64,000 nt of DNA, from the NCBI GenBank assembly GCA_964270895.1, contig OZ185436.1; one strand, 5' to 3'. The translations under genes and the position numbers were made by a program. Shown here piece after piece: positions 52,810 to 64,000 of this stretch (the stretch's first letter is position 1; every line of letters starts with the position of its first letter). The stretch is from Podarcis filfolensis (Eukaryota). The notes below the pieces were generated by a model. That model ran no database searches and was not told where the DNA came from. It worked only from the letters and a program-made list of their open reading frames with translations.

Positions 52810-52963
52810 ACAGGAGAGCCAGAGTGATCAGAGTGTCAGACCTGAACCCAGGACACCAGGGTTCATATCCCCACTCAGCCATGAAGCTCAGTGGGCCAGT
52901 TGCAGTTTCTCAGCCTAACCTACCTCACAGGACTGCTGTGAGGATAAAATGGGGAGAACTATG
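52810..52963 (+). mobile_element. tRNA-head SINE (Squam1-like), decayed
   Basis: B-box-like gggttcatatcccc, followed by actcagccatgaagctca...ctcagcctaacctacctcacagg. Confidence 0.55.
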
Positions 52964-53396
52964 TACTAATGAATTTAATATCAAGGCAGTCGTTTCAATG
53001 CATGCAGCACACTATAGCATTCAAGTTAGGCAGTGTATCCCTTACTGAAATGCAACACCAGTTGTGTGAAACGGTACACACATATTCTGAGCTTAAACTG
53101 TACACATGTATTGTGTGAAACTGTACACATGTATTCTTGGCACCCTGGTCTGTTTTCTTTCCAGCACATCAAAAGGAGGCAGGGTACACGGGAGCGATTT
53201 AAACCATGTGCACCAACACACATGCACATTCCTGCGAAGCCATAAGTTGTCTAACTCTGGCTGATGGTTGCATGCAAACCAGGTCAGTGTCACTTTCAAA
53301 TCAGGCCTAAGAGCTTAGAAGCAACAAGACCCAGGCTGCTATGGCTAGATAAAGGAAGGAAGGCAAAATATCAAGACGAGAAGAGAGGTGTCATAC

Positions 53397-53458
53397 CTGC
53401 AACGGGTTCTCCCATTTCTTGAGGAACTCTTCTTTGGCTTTGGCAAGAAACTCCTTCA
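53397..53458 (-). CDS. PRKACA: PKA catalytic subunit alpha exon 2 (VKEFLAKAKEEFLKKWENPLQ)
   Basis: 62 nt with AG/GT boundaries; phase-1 start. Typical PKA-C exon 2. Confidence 0.95.
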
Positions 53459-54306
53459 CTGTAAGTAAGCAGAGGCAGAGAAAGAGCATTGAAAAGAGAG
53501 CATGTTGCCTGAAGGCCTGAGCTGCTGAGCACTCTTTAGGAGTCAAAGAGGCTATGTTGGGAAACAGGAGTCCCCTTCAAGTCTGCCAGCTCTCATTTCT
53601 TTGACGGGCCTATTTGCTGAATCACCAGGAACGGAGGATGCATTCCCAGCAGGAAGGCCAGAAAGGGGAAGACAACACCTTTCAACAAGTCGGATTCCCA
53701 AGGAGCAAACATTCCCTGGAGGGCAGAGAGCAGACACACAGCCCCCTCTTTTAGGCTCAGCCATGAGACTCTAGATGAGAAATGGCCAACTGCTGGCCTG
53801 TGGAAATATGCACAATCAATATCTGAGAAGTCTGTGTTACCACTGGAGCCCTAAATCCAGCCTGGAGAATACAGTAGCAACCGGTCACCTCTGCTAAAGA
53901 TCACGGCTGCTCAGCTTTAGGTCTGTCACCATGTTGCTCATTTTGGGGGCCAACCTGTGCCCAATCCTTGCAAGTCACAGACAACTTTGGGCCACATTGG
54001 GACCTCCAGCCTTTTAAAGCAAGAGCAGGGAATAAGTAAACCCATGAAAAAGGAAGGCAGGCCGCACTCTCTCTACATCCATGCCACTCGTTTGCAAGGC
54101 TTTTGAGGAGTCATACAGATGTGAAATTCAATGCTGCACCATGACAAACGCTCTGCCTATGCAAGGATTTCCACTTGCCAGATGGAACCATCTCCCTCCC
54201 TCCCTCCCCTCCATGCTGTTCTGGGGGTACCCCAACCCCTTCGAGACAATTTCAGGGTGCATGTGGGAGAGGGGGAAGCCCTGTTGCACATACAGAAGCC
54301 CTTGTG

Positions 54307-54483
54307 CAGAAATAATACCTCGGGTTAAGAACTTTGCTTCAGGATGAGAACAGAAATCGTGCTCCGGCGGTACAGCGGCAGCAGGAGGCCCCATTAGCTA
54401 AAGTGGTGCTTCAGGTTAAGGACAGTTTCAGGTTAAGAACGGACCTCCGGAACGAATTAAGTACTTAACCCGAGGTACCACTG
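54307..54483. mobile_element. Tigger-like MITE, family B, one end missing
   Basis: Near-identical to 32014-32181. Right TIR and TA are intact; no left TIR seen. Confidence 0.85.
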
Positions 54484-56094
54484 TATGTCCCTTCTGTTTG
54501 CATGCACACATTTTCTCCTCAGTTTCCAACTCAGAAGGTGCTCCGCAAGTTTCAAAAATACACACACACACAACTAGAGACTTTTAAGACTGGCAGTTCC
54601 ATGTACTGGCAGCTTCTCCCCTTCTTAGCAGCTTCTCCCCTTCAAAAAGGTTCTCATGCCATAACCCCCAAACTTATTTTTGAAAGAGACATTTAGGAGC
54701 TGTGGAATGAGATTCTGAGAAGAATCTGGGGAAGCATGGGCCCTTCTGGATTTCAGCCAATAATGTCAATCATGAGAGGTAAAGTGGAATCATTCAAGAC
54801 TCAGAGACTCTAAAGTTTCCCAGTCACAGGTGAGCTACTCATGGTTAAAGCACCTGCCATGTGCTGAGACAGTGACTGAAACATGGGGGAGAGAGGACCT
54901 GTGGCCCTCCAGATGCTGCCGGACTGCAATTCCCACCTTCCCCGACCACTAGCTGAAGCTGGAATAGACATTTAGAGAGCCACACATCCACCAGCACTGA
55001 ACTAAGGGCTCCCAATATCATCCTGACTGCAAACCAACTGGTGACCTGTATGCAGACACCAGCAGCCATGGCATGGCCACTGCATACCTTGTGTTCTATA
55101 ATGTACAAAAGATCAGATCCAACCTGGAAGGTAGTCTTGTGTCTAAGAGAAACTACCTGGTGCTCCAACACACTCCATGTATCCAAAGCAGGAAGGCTAC
55201 CACGTAGATAGTTGTACACTCTCTAAATTGCATAATCAGTTTTTTTGAAGCTACAGGTATGTAATGGCACCAAGCACAATGACAAAGACGGTTCTTGAGA
55301 GCAGAAAATTCACAGAACCAAGGAAATGCTCCATGTCCAAACAGGTTTGGGGCTGAAAAACCCATCTACTGCCGACAGAAACATGTCAAATATAGCTGCA
55401 GATGAGAACACCCAACTGGGCGTGACTGCCTCAAATTAGACAGTTTCTAGCAGTCATGGCCACAAAGGAAAGATAAAGCTTAGGAAGGTGGATTCAATGT
55501 CTTCTAAAGGATCTAGAGGTAAACAGGTAAATGAGAGAGAGAATTACCCTTAGCTCATCCTAATCATTCACCTGTATCCTATGAACCCCATCCTTTTCTC
55601 TCTACCCCAGCCGCACAATAGAAATAATACCCCATGCTGTTACCACTTGTGCGGGTTCTGAAGACAATTGGAGTCATAATCTAATCAGTTAATTAAATAA
55701 ATTTGGCTGATTAAAAGTGATCAAATAATTATATGCTAATTCTGTGTATTATGCAAGCTGAACACCATCCAAGTTTAGTTTAGTTTTTTTTGTCATGATA
55801 TAAACTAGAGTTTTGGGGACTCTGGCAGAGGATATTTCCAGAAGTAGCTCAGGGCTGGGCTTTAGAAAGCAGAATTGGCATACTAAACTCCCTCTTCCAG
55901 CTTCTCCATCTTTGTAACACAGCGTTCTGCCAACACCAAAAGGTTGTGTTCACTGGCAAAGCAGTACTGCTTGATTAACTAGGAAGGGGCTGGGTGCATT
56001 CTTAGACTGGTACCCCTTGCTGAGCTGGGAAGGAACCCCAAACAATTTTCACACCCCCACTTTCTAAAGGGTTGCCTCGCTCCTGGAATGTTTT

Positions 56095-56420
56095 CTGAGA
56101 GGGGCAACCATGATGATGAAGAGCCTGGAAACCAAACCCTTTGGGGGAAGGTTGAAGGAGTCAGTGAATTTTACATCCTGGAGAACAGACTACCAAGAGG
56201 CAATGCAATGGCCCTCTGTTCAATAGATGGAGCAACTTTGTTTTCTGTTGTTCCAGAAGATAGCACCTGAATTAATGGGTTTAGATTACAAGAAAAAGGG
56301 TTTGATTTAGACCAAACATCAGGAAGAACTTCCTGACGGCATAACATGTTCAACAGTAAAGCAGACTGCTTTGGAAGGGGTAGACGACTCTCTTTCATTA
56401 AGGCCTTTTCAGTGGTGGCT
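56095..56420 (+). mobile_element. Decayed CR1 LINE 3' ORF2 fragment
   Basis: Frame-broken remnants RGATMMMKSLETKPF, DGATLFSVVPED, NGFRLQE and NIRKNFLT match the CR1 ORF2 C-terminus. Confidence 0.8.
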
Positions 56421-56784
56421 CCCTGTTGTGAAATGCTCTCCCCAGGGAGGCATGCATGGTGCCATCTTTATTTAGACTTTTCTCTTCACCCAGGCTTTGG
56501 GTCCTTAAAATGGGGGGGGCGGGGGAATTGTGGCCTCTTTTTGTGTTGGCTGGGAATCTATCAGACCTGCCTTTTAATTGTATTGCTGTGTTTTTTGTTA
56601 TTGTTTTCAATGGAAGTTTCTTCGGGTCACTCTGTGAGAAAAACAACTAAATATCAGCATCAAGAACAGTAGGCTGGCTGGCCACCTATCAACAATTTGC
56701 CACCTCTATGAGTCTATGAAACAACAACCTTACAAACTAAGCCCTCAAGATCCCATCATCCACTGGGGCCAAGCACAGCATATA

Positions 56785-57034
56785 CAGTCATACATTGGAA
56801 GCCGAACGGAATCCATTCCGGAAGTCCGTTCCACTTCCAAAACACTCAACAACCAAGGCGCGGCTTCCGATTAGCTGCAGGAGCTTCCTGCACGCAATCG
56901 GAACCCGCGGAACCTACGTCAGACGTTCGGCTTCCTAAGAACATTCGCAAACCAGAAGACTCACTTCCGGGTTTGCAGGGTTCGGGAGCCAAAAGATTCG
57001 AGTTTCAAGGCATTTGGGATCCAAGGTACGACTG
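56785..57034. mobile_element. Tigger-like MITE, family C
   Basis: TIR CAGTC(A/G)TAC(A/C)TTGGA at both ends and TA TSDs. Confidence 0.85.
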
Positions 57035-57971
57035 TATCTGCATAAAGCAAAGAGAAGCAGAAAAGGCCGAGCAAGCACTCCTCAGCCAGGGTAAATTTGC
57101 TGAACAGTTCGCTACCATCTAAAGAAATGGAGCCTGACTACAGATTCCAGGGATCCTGGCTCCCAGTTCAGAATGTGAAGTCTGCCCCTGCATCCACCAG
57201 AAAAAGCTCATTTTCAGTTCCCCCCTTCCATCATGGAGATGCAGCTTCTCCTGGCATGAGATCAGAAAACCATAAAATGGAGGAGCCCCTGAAATAAGGT
57301 TGCTTTGCACCAGCCTCTTATTTCCTACAGGAGAGGTACCTGACACAAAGGGAACATGGCCAGGCGCAGTCTGGGGATGCTTTCATAGCATCCTCCCACT
57401 CCAAACCTTCACAGCAATCCTCCCACCCAATTCCTTCATGCTGCAGCACAGAGCGGCTGGATTTCCCTGAGACACGCACACAAACAGACGTGGAGCTGCA
57501 GCTCAGCCTGTCTGACCTACTTTCCCTTTGTCTCCTGCTTTATCCACATTACTTACAGAGCGCCACCAGCTTACACCTTCCTGCACAGATCCCAGCCCCC
57601 TCCCCACCCCTCAAGGAGATTTCTTTCACCACGTAAGAAAATTCCGGCAGCTCTTCCCCCCTTCCCAGGGCCATCTCAGAATTATATTTCAGCTCCATGT
57701 GCCCCCCCAAAAAGGGGCAGCAATCACCCCTCCCCATCTCCAGAACACTGACCTCTTCCATAAGCCATGAGGGACCCCCGACAGCGACAGCACCACAGGC
57801 CTTAAGGCCAGGCTGAGCACTATGATCTCATCTAACCTCAGGCCGTCAGTCGCTCCTGCGTCATGCACAAGAGCCTCCAACTGCACTCTAAACCATCAAC
57901 CCTGTCTTGAGGTCTAGCAAAGGGAGAGAGCAATTCTGTATTCTTGATGGCTGCTCTGTTCTCCAGACAGA

Positions 57972-58360
57972 GGCCTGGTTCACACAGAACACTAAACCAC
58001 GGTTTGTTAAAACAAGCTATGAGTTGTCTCACAGATGAGCAAGCAAACCATGGCTTGTTTTTCTCCCAAGTTTGGTTCAATTTTCAGCTGCTCTCAACTC
58101 ATGCCTTTGTAGTTCAGTGAGCATCTGGGGTGGGGAGGCCAAACAAACCATGGTTAAGGAAGGGTGTTTGGCTTGGTGAGAGTTGCAAAACTTAATTACA
58201 ACAAACTAAGGGTCATAAAACAGCAACGAACCACAGCTTCAGATCATGGTTTGTTAGCAGTAAACAAACCATAGTCAAGCCACTAGGCAGGCTTTGCACA
58301 AAACACTAAGCCATGGTTTCATAAACCATAGTTTAATAAACCTTGGTTTAGTGTTAGGTT
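57972..58360. repeat. Array of AAACCATGGTTT-like palindromes, probably adjacent non-autonomous DNA transposons
   Basis: At least 8 degenerate copies between 57994 and 58349. Outer inverted ends aacactaaacc / ggtttagtgtt. Confidence 0.6.
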
Positions 58361-58762
58361 CAGAGTGTGGTTTAGGGGCTGGGAGTTTATTTTGCCTGAA
58401 AGTGAGCCCTGAACATTCGTCTGGCTCCATAATGAAGCTGATGTTCCCTAGCAATATGGGCTTCCAAGTTATGGCACACAAAACTCAGGACATTGCATTG
58501 CAATACAAACATATGCATTTACATGCCAAATCAGAGAAAGATGTAATGCTGTCACATCAGTATGTATATTTCAAATAAGAGAAACTGTGGTTTAAAAAAT
58601 CACTTTGGCTAAAATTTAGATAGGCCACCAGGGACAGGAAAAAAATTTCTTAGGACAACTTCTCTCATTCTTGGGTTACCAGATGGTGTTGGACCACATG
58701 TCTCATCATCACTGACCACTGTACAATTCCTTGCCCAGTGAACTTGCATCATTCCTCAAGGC

Positions 58763-59020
58763 CATGGGTAGGCAAACTAAGGCCCGGGGGCTGAATCCGG
58801 CCCAACTGCCTTCTAAATCCAGCCTGTGGACGGTCCGGGAATCAGCCTGTTTTTAAAGGAGTAGAATGTGTGCTTTTATTTAAAATGCATCTCTGGGTTA
58901 TTTGTGGGGCATAGGAATTCGTTCATTTCCCCCACCTCAAAAAAAATATATAGTCTGGCCCCCCACAAGGTCTGAGGGACAGTAGACCAGCCCCCTGCTG
59001 AAAAAGTTTGCTGACCCCTG
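58763..59020 (+). mobile_element. hAT (Charlie-like) MITE, same family as 5435
   Basis: Perfect 8-bp TSD ctcaaggc at 58755-58762 and 59021-59028. Confidence 0.9.
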
Positions 59021-59339
59021 CTCAAGGCTATAATTGTGATGTGCTAATCTCCTGTTCTCCCAGCATTCAAATGGCACTGTAAGAGTCATTGTGGTGTAGC
59101 AGCTAGATAACTGAATTTGAACCATGAAGCTCAATGGTTTTGAAGGGGTCTTTTTGCGGGGCGGGGGGAAATCACACAAGCAACGTAACTTAATTCACAG
59201 GGCTGCTGGGAGGAAAAAACTGATAATCCCACATACGTTACTTTGAGTTCCTTGGGAAAACGTAATACAAGTGTGAAAGTGCAAGTAATTGTTTGTTCCT
59301 CTTGCTGGATGTTGGCAGCAATAATCTTGCAGGATCAGA

Positions 59340-60160
59340 ATTCTAGGTTCATCAAGTATAGTATTTGGTCTCTAACCAGGACCAACCACATACCCCTGGA
59401 AAATTGATAACTAGAACATGATTTCAATAATCATCCTGTCTGTTCGCTGCCTCTGGTAGGGAAAGATATAGTGCATCTGCAAACCATGACCTACAGCCAT
59501 CTATGGGAGCTAAACCTATTCCAGTTGACAGTGACAATGACAGTGTTAGTGGCCTTCCAAACTGTGGGATGAATTCCATAACTTGAAAACAGTGCTTGCT
59601 TTAATTTGTCCTGAACTTGCTGTCAAAGTATTAGAGAACTTCAAACTCCAATGTTTTGGTTTCTTTCACACCATTCCTAATTTTGTGAACTAAATAAGTG
59701 TGCGGCCTAAACTTCTCTTCGAAGGAAGTCCCATCCACCTGAATATCTTTAGCCACCCATTTCTTTACTTTCCCCCCCTTCTGTGATCTCTTTTTCAAAA
59801 CCAGGCCACTAGAACTCCATTGGCATTCCAAGCACAGCCATACCAGAGTCTCATCCTGGCGTACTTGCCATTTCATTTTCAGCCCCTTTTTATAGTAATT
59901 CCCAGTATCAGATTTGCTTTTCCTCCACTGCGCCAGCACACTGAGATGACGTCACTGCGCTTTCTACCATGACCCCAAGCCCTCGCTGGCAGTAGTGACA
60001 GCTCATTTAGATCCCATCAGTGTCTGTGCGGGAGTTTGTGTGTCCCAATGTGGAACACGAGGCGCTCGCTCACTCTGAAGCTCACCTGCCATTCTGCAGT
60101 GCTTCTGAATCATCCAGCTTGAAGAGTGCCTTTGAAGAAATGCTCACACAATTTTGTAGA
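59340..60160 (-). mobile_element. Decayed CR1 LINE fragment (late ORF2 and 3' UTR; ends approximate)
   Basis: Minus-strand remnants EWQVSFRVSERLVFHIGT (cf. KWQMRFNVSKCKVMHIG) and LECQWSSSGLVLKK...SFEEKFR (cf. LEYCVQFWSPHLKK...YEERL). Confidence 0.78.
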
Positions 60161-60424
60161 TTTCTTTTTTTAAGAAACAAAAAGTTATTGGGAGTCTGAG
60201 CGCTCCCCTACAGTACAAGGCAGGCGTGGACATGTTCAGCTAGCCCTATTTTTAACCCAACAAGCTCTACCCACATTTTCTTCATCTTCCACACTAATGG
60301 CCCCTATCATTTCATGAAATTTCGTCTAGCGGCTTATTTGATAGATTTGCTTTAAACCATTATTTGAACTCCGTGCAACGGAGGCCTTCTGTGCTGGAAC
60401 GCACATCTAATAAATGTTTTCTAA

Positions 60425-60620
60425 GTAGTAGAAGCTGCCTTGTGCCAAAATCAGCCCACTGGCCCATCTTGCTCAGCACTGCCTGCAACACTTGACTGCC
60501 AGCGACTCCACAGGCTGGCAGGTGAGACACTTTTTTAACCTTGCTAGCAGTACAAGCAATTGAATTTGGGACCTTCAATGCACACAGAAGTATATGCTCT
60601 GCCACTGAGCTATGGCCCTT
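60425..60620 (-). mobile_element. tRNA-head SINE (Squam3-like), decayed; 3' fragment of a relative at 36322-36438 (+)
   Basis: Minus strand reads gggccatagctcagtggcagagc (A box)...ggtcccaaattcaat (B box), ending in aaggcagcttcta. Confidence 0.55.
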
Positions 60621-63600
60621 TCCAAAGACAGCTGTTCCCTCCCCCTGTATTACAGACCCAAAACGAAGAGCTGTATTCTGTGGCCATGGTACCCACAGCC
60701 TGAGTTGAGAAGGCTGGGGAAGAGCAGATTCAGCTTTCCGTTCTGAAGCACTCTCACAGACCAAAATGCTTTGAAGCAAGTTTGCAAAAGGCAGCAGCAT
60801 TCTGTTACGTTTTGTGGCCCTCCAGGTGTCACTAGGCTCCAATTCCCATAAGTCTGAGCCAGAATGGTCAGGAACAGTCAAGAATGATAGGAGCTGTAGG
60901 TCAGCATTTTACAATCTTTTTGCTAGATCTGCAAAACAAAGGAATGGGCTTCACCTTTTCTCAATTTTAATGTATCTGGCACACCTTTGGATTTAATTCA
61001 GCTACTTGGGCATAGAGAAAAAATAATTCTAAATGTTCAGGGTTCCACATAGCCTGAAATAGGAGGCCAGCAATACTATTCAAGATTCACATATTTTTGC
61101 TTTCCCACATGTTATAAACATTCCCCGAGTCTGCTATAAAATGCTAACTTGCCCAGGGTTCAGGGCTGGTTGCCAGTCCTGAATCCAAGCATTTTATTGA
61201 GATCTATGTATGCATGTGTGTATATATTGCTTCTGGGAGGGCAGCACTCACCAATATGGAGTGCAGGCACCTTTTGCTGCCAAGGCAGCCATTTGGTGCT
61301 GGTACCCACAGCACTTTTATCAAGACATGAGTATGAGCACCTTATTTTATTTTTTTAAATTACCAAAATAGAGGAATATATAGGGTGAAAATATTTTAGC
61401 CTCATGGCATGCATCCCCCAACCTCCCCCTCTGCTTGCCACTTTTAACTGACACCATCATTCTATGGCTCAACAGCCTGCAGCCATAGACATAATTGCTA
61501 GACTAACACAGCATGCCCAACTTCCAATCTGACCCACTTTTTCCATCCTCCAGGGCAGAACTAAGAGCTGCTCACATAGAACAATGAAGGAAACCCAGGA
61601 TTTTAACATTGCTGTAAATGGACAGCAGCAGCAGCATGGACCCCTCCCTGGCACCCAACCCCCTCCCAGAAGAGGCTAGCAGCAAAAAGACAGCACCTCT
61701 TACTTTTGGGGTGCAACATGAACCTAGAATTTCCCTCTTCAGACAGAGATGACTTGCACCAGTAAATAGTCTATTTTTCTGTATGTCACTGACATTCCAA
61801 AGGTCTTAAAATGCCCACAATGCTTTTTTTCTCTTTTCAAAAAGTTGTTCTTTCAGCTCACGAACTTACATACTTCTGCATGTCTCCCAGAGAGTCCTCT
61901 GAGTATGCAGAAATCATTACTTTATTTTTGGGTGCCCCTTGCTTCCTTTAAGAGGGTTCCCTTCACGAGATCTGGAGTGCATACGGAGGGGCTGCGGAAT
62001 CAGTTAAAGTGGGCCATTCATAAGCTTCAGCCAGTATGGTTAATGGTCTGGGATTATGGGAGTTATAGTCCAGCAACTTCTGGGGGACACAGGCTCCCCA
62101 CCCCAGCTTTAGGGCTTCAGAAACTTTCTGTTGCAGATTAAGATACCCGATATATGTGTGAAAACATCCTTTCTATGACCACTAGAGGGCTCTTCTACCT
62201 TTCTTGTAATAGGTTTCTTATGCTAGCTGATGTGAGAGACAGTATACTGTATACAAGACTGGGTTGGCCCAAGGGGGTTGGATTCTCCAGCCATTTCCCT
62301 TCCTAATTATGCTCCCCTCCCCACACATCTTCAACCACTGCTGCAGCCAGAATTGCAGATGACAACCGAACAAGAAATTGGTTGGCTGAATAGAAGCAAC
62401 AAGGGGGAAAGAGCAGAAACACACCGTTTGCCTCATTACGACAAAGCCCCAGGTGTTAAAAGCATCTCTTGCCGCAGAAATAACTCTCCATTACACCATT
62501 TGAGCTGAGAGCACCCCTTAAACAGTGCGCCCGATGATGGCATTTTCTATTCACATTGGCTTGGTCAGACTCCATGAATCCAGCTTATGGAACTAATCGA
62601 CCATGTCCAATTGCACAAGAGCCTCACAGACTGACCTGTGCCAAGATAAACACCAGAGCATAGGGGACTAATAGAGATGCAGCCCTAGTAATCTTTCAAA
62701 GCCTCCGGTATCTCCTTCTTCTCCCACTGTACCCAAAACACAACTACTAGGCTGCATTGCTGGCAGATAAACTGAGCACAGGGCACTCAAGCAACATAGG
62801 CAGGCACTCTCTTTAACAGCGCCAATCTCCACCATGCACGCTTTCGTCCTCAAAGAGTTTTCCCATCAGGCTTATTCACCACGCAGAAGCTGCTCTCACC
62901 AGACACACAAATTCACCTCTTTTCTCTCTGCACTTTGGAGATCAGCAAAGCAACAGCCGAGGTGGAGCACCTTCTTCGACAGAGGGGCACCTCGAGAAAA
63001 GCTGCAGGAGCTGAAAGTTCAGTGCTAATCCACATGAAATACAATTTGCATATGATTTTCATGAGCATGGCAAATTAGAGCATCGTATGATGGACGTGCT
63101 GCGTTGATTTTTTAAAAAACCTTATTTTGTGCTTCCTGTGAAGAAAGCCACCTCCAAATGTTATTTTGGCTGCTCTGCAGCTTAGGTCGCAGTCCTCTCA
63201 CAAAATACTTGGTGGAAAAGCTTATGATTAAGCTGCATATAAACGCTTTAAGAATAAACAAATGGAAGGGAATACAAAAGAAAATCTGCACTAGGGAATA
63301 AAAGCCCCAGTGTTATTTACGGGACACATTTTGTGGAACCACACATGCGTCAAATAATTGTTGGTATGGCACCATTTGCATTCCCAGGCAGATGGTATCT
63401 TCTGCATGGAGTAAAAACAAGGTCCAGGCTGCTCAAGGATATGAACTGCACTCCCTATCAGAAGGGAAGCTGAAGTAACTGTAGGTTACTAGGCATTCTG
63501 GCCATACCAGGGGGAAAGACTACAGGCAATAAACTTGTGCACAAACGCATATACATGCAGTGCCAGGAAATAAATTAAAAAATTCAAAGCAGGAAATAGT

Positions 63601-64000
63601 GGGAGAGAGCTGAACAGTCCTTGTTGCTTGTGAGGAGACCCTCCCCAGAGCCTGAAAAAGACATCAGTGACGGCGGAGGAAGCCCCAAAGAGACCAGAGC
63701 ACACAGCCTCCCTCCCTAACAGCTGATGGGCGGGGTACTGCAGCAGCCACAGCCGCCGCCACCACCACTACTTGCCTGCGTGTCCTCCAGCCTCCAACCA
63801 GCCCCAGAGCTGATATTTTAGTCTGCATTGTAGAGAGAGCTGGAGAGCAGGGAAAAGCAGGTGTTCAGAGGCTTTTTAGAGGGTGCTCCCCACTTACACA
63901 ATTTTTGCTTATGTGTGTGGGCCCTGAAACATAACCCCTGCCTAAGTGGGGGGGGACACCTGTACAGCAATAGGGCACATGCAACTGAGAAACCTCTGGG

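Noticed and set aside
60074-60113. Apparent short PRKACA first exon (MIQKHCRMA, two phase-1 gtgagc donors)
   Set aside because: It lies inside the CR1 ORF2 remnant (another frame reads EWQVSFRVSE...FHIGT), so the motifs are explained by TE decay.

Overview
This is vertebrate genomic DNA, almost certainly from a lacertid lizard, judging by a full Sauria SINE, squamate-type SINEs and abundant Tc1/mariner and hAT MITEs. Three spliced protein-coding genes can be rebuilt exon by exon with canonical GT-AG junctions and consistent phases. (1) A PRR36-like gene on + has a non-coding exon 1 in a CpG island at about 3.6-4.4 kb and five coding exons at 9850-19026 (1278 aa, BTBD8/KIAA1107-type DUF4596 C-terminus). 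(2) SAMD1 on - has five coding exons at 34012-27741 (493 aa, winged-helix plus SAM domain). (3) PRKACA exons 2-10 lie on - at 53458-41478; the canonical exon 1 was not found and is presumably beyond the right edge. The rest is intron or intergenic sequence dense with MITEs, SINEs and decayed CR1/L2 fragments. I found no convincing new multi-gene system. The best leads are hypotheses: an internal SAMD1 promoter that could make a SAM-only isoform, a candidate alternative first exon of PRKACA, paired substitutions next to the ATP site of PRKACA (V123I and Q181E), a 78-bp coding VNTR and a possible intronic poly(A) isoform in PRR36, and a gene order (PRR36 tail-to-tail with SAMD1) that differs from human. 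TE family names and cross-species comparisons come from recall, not database searches.
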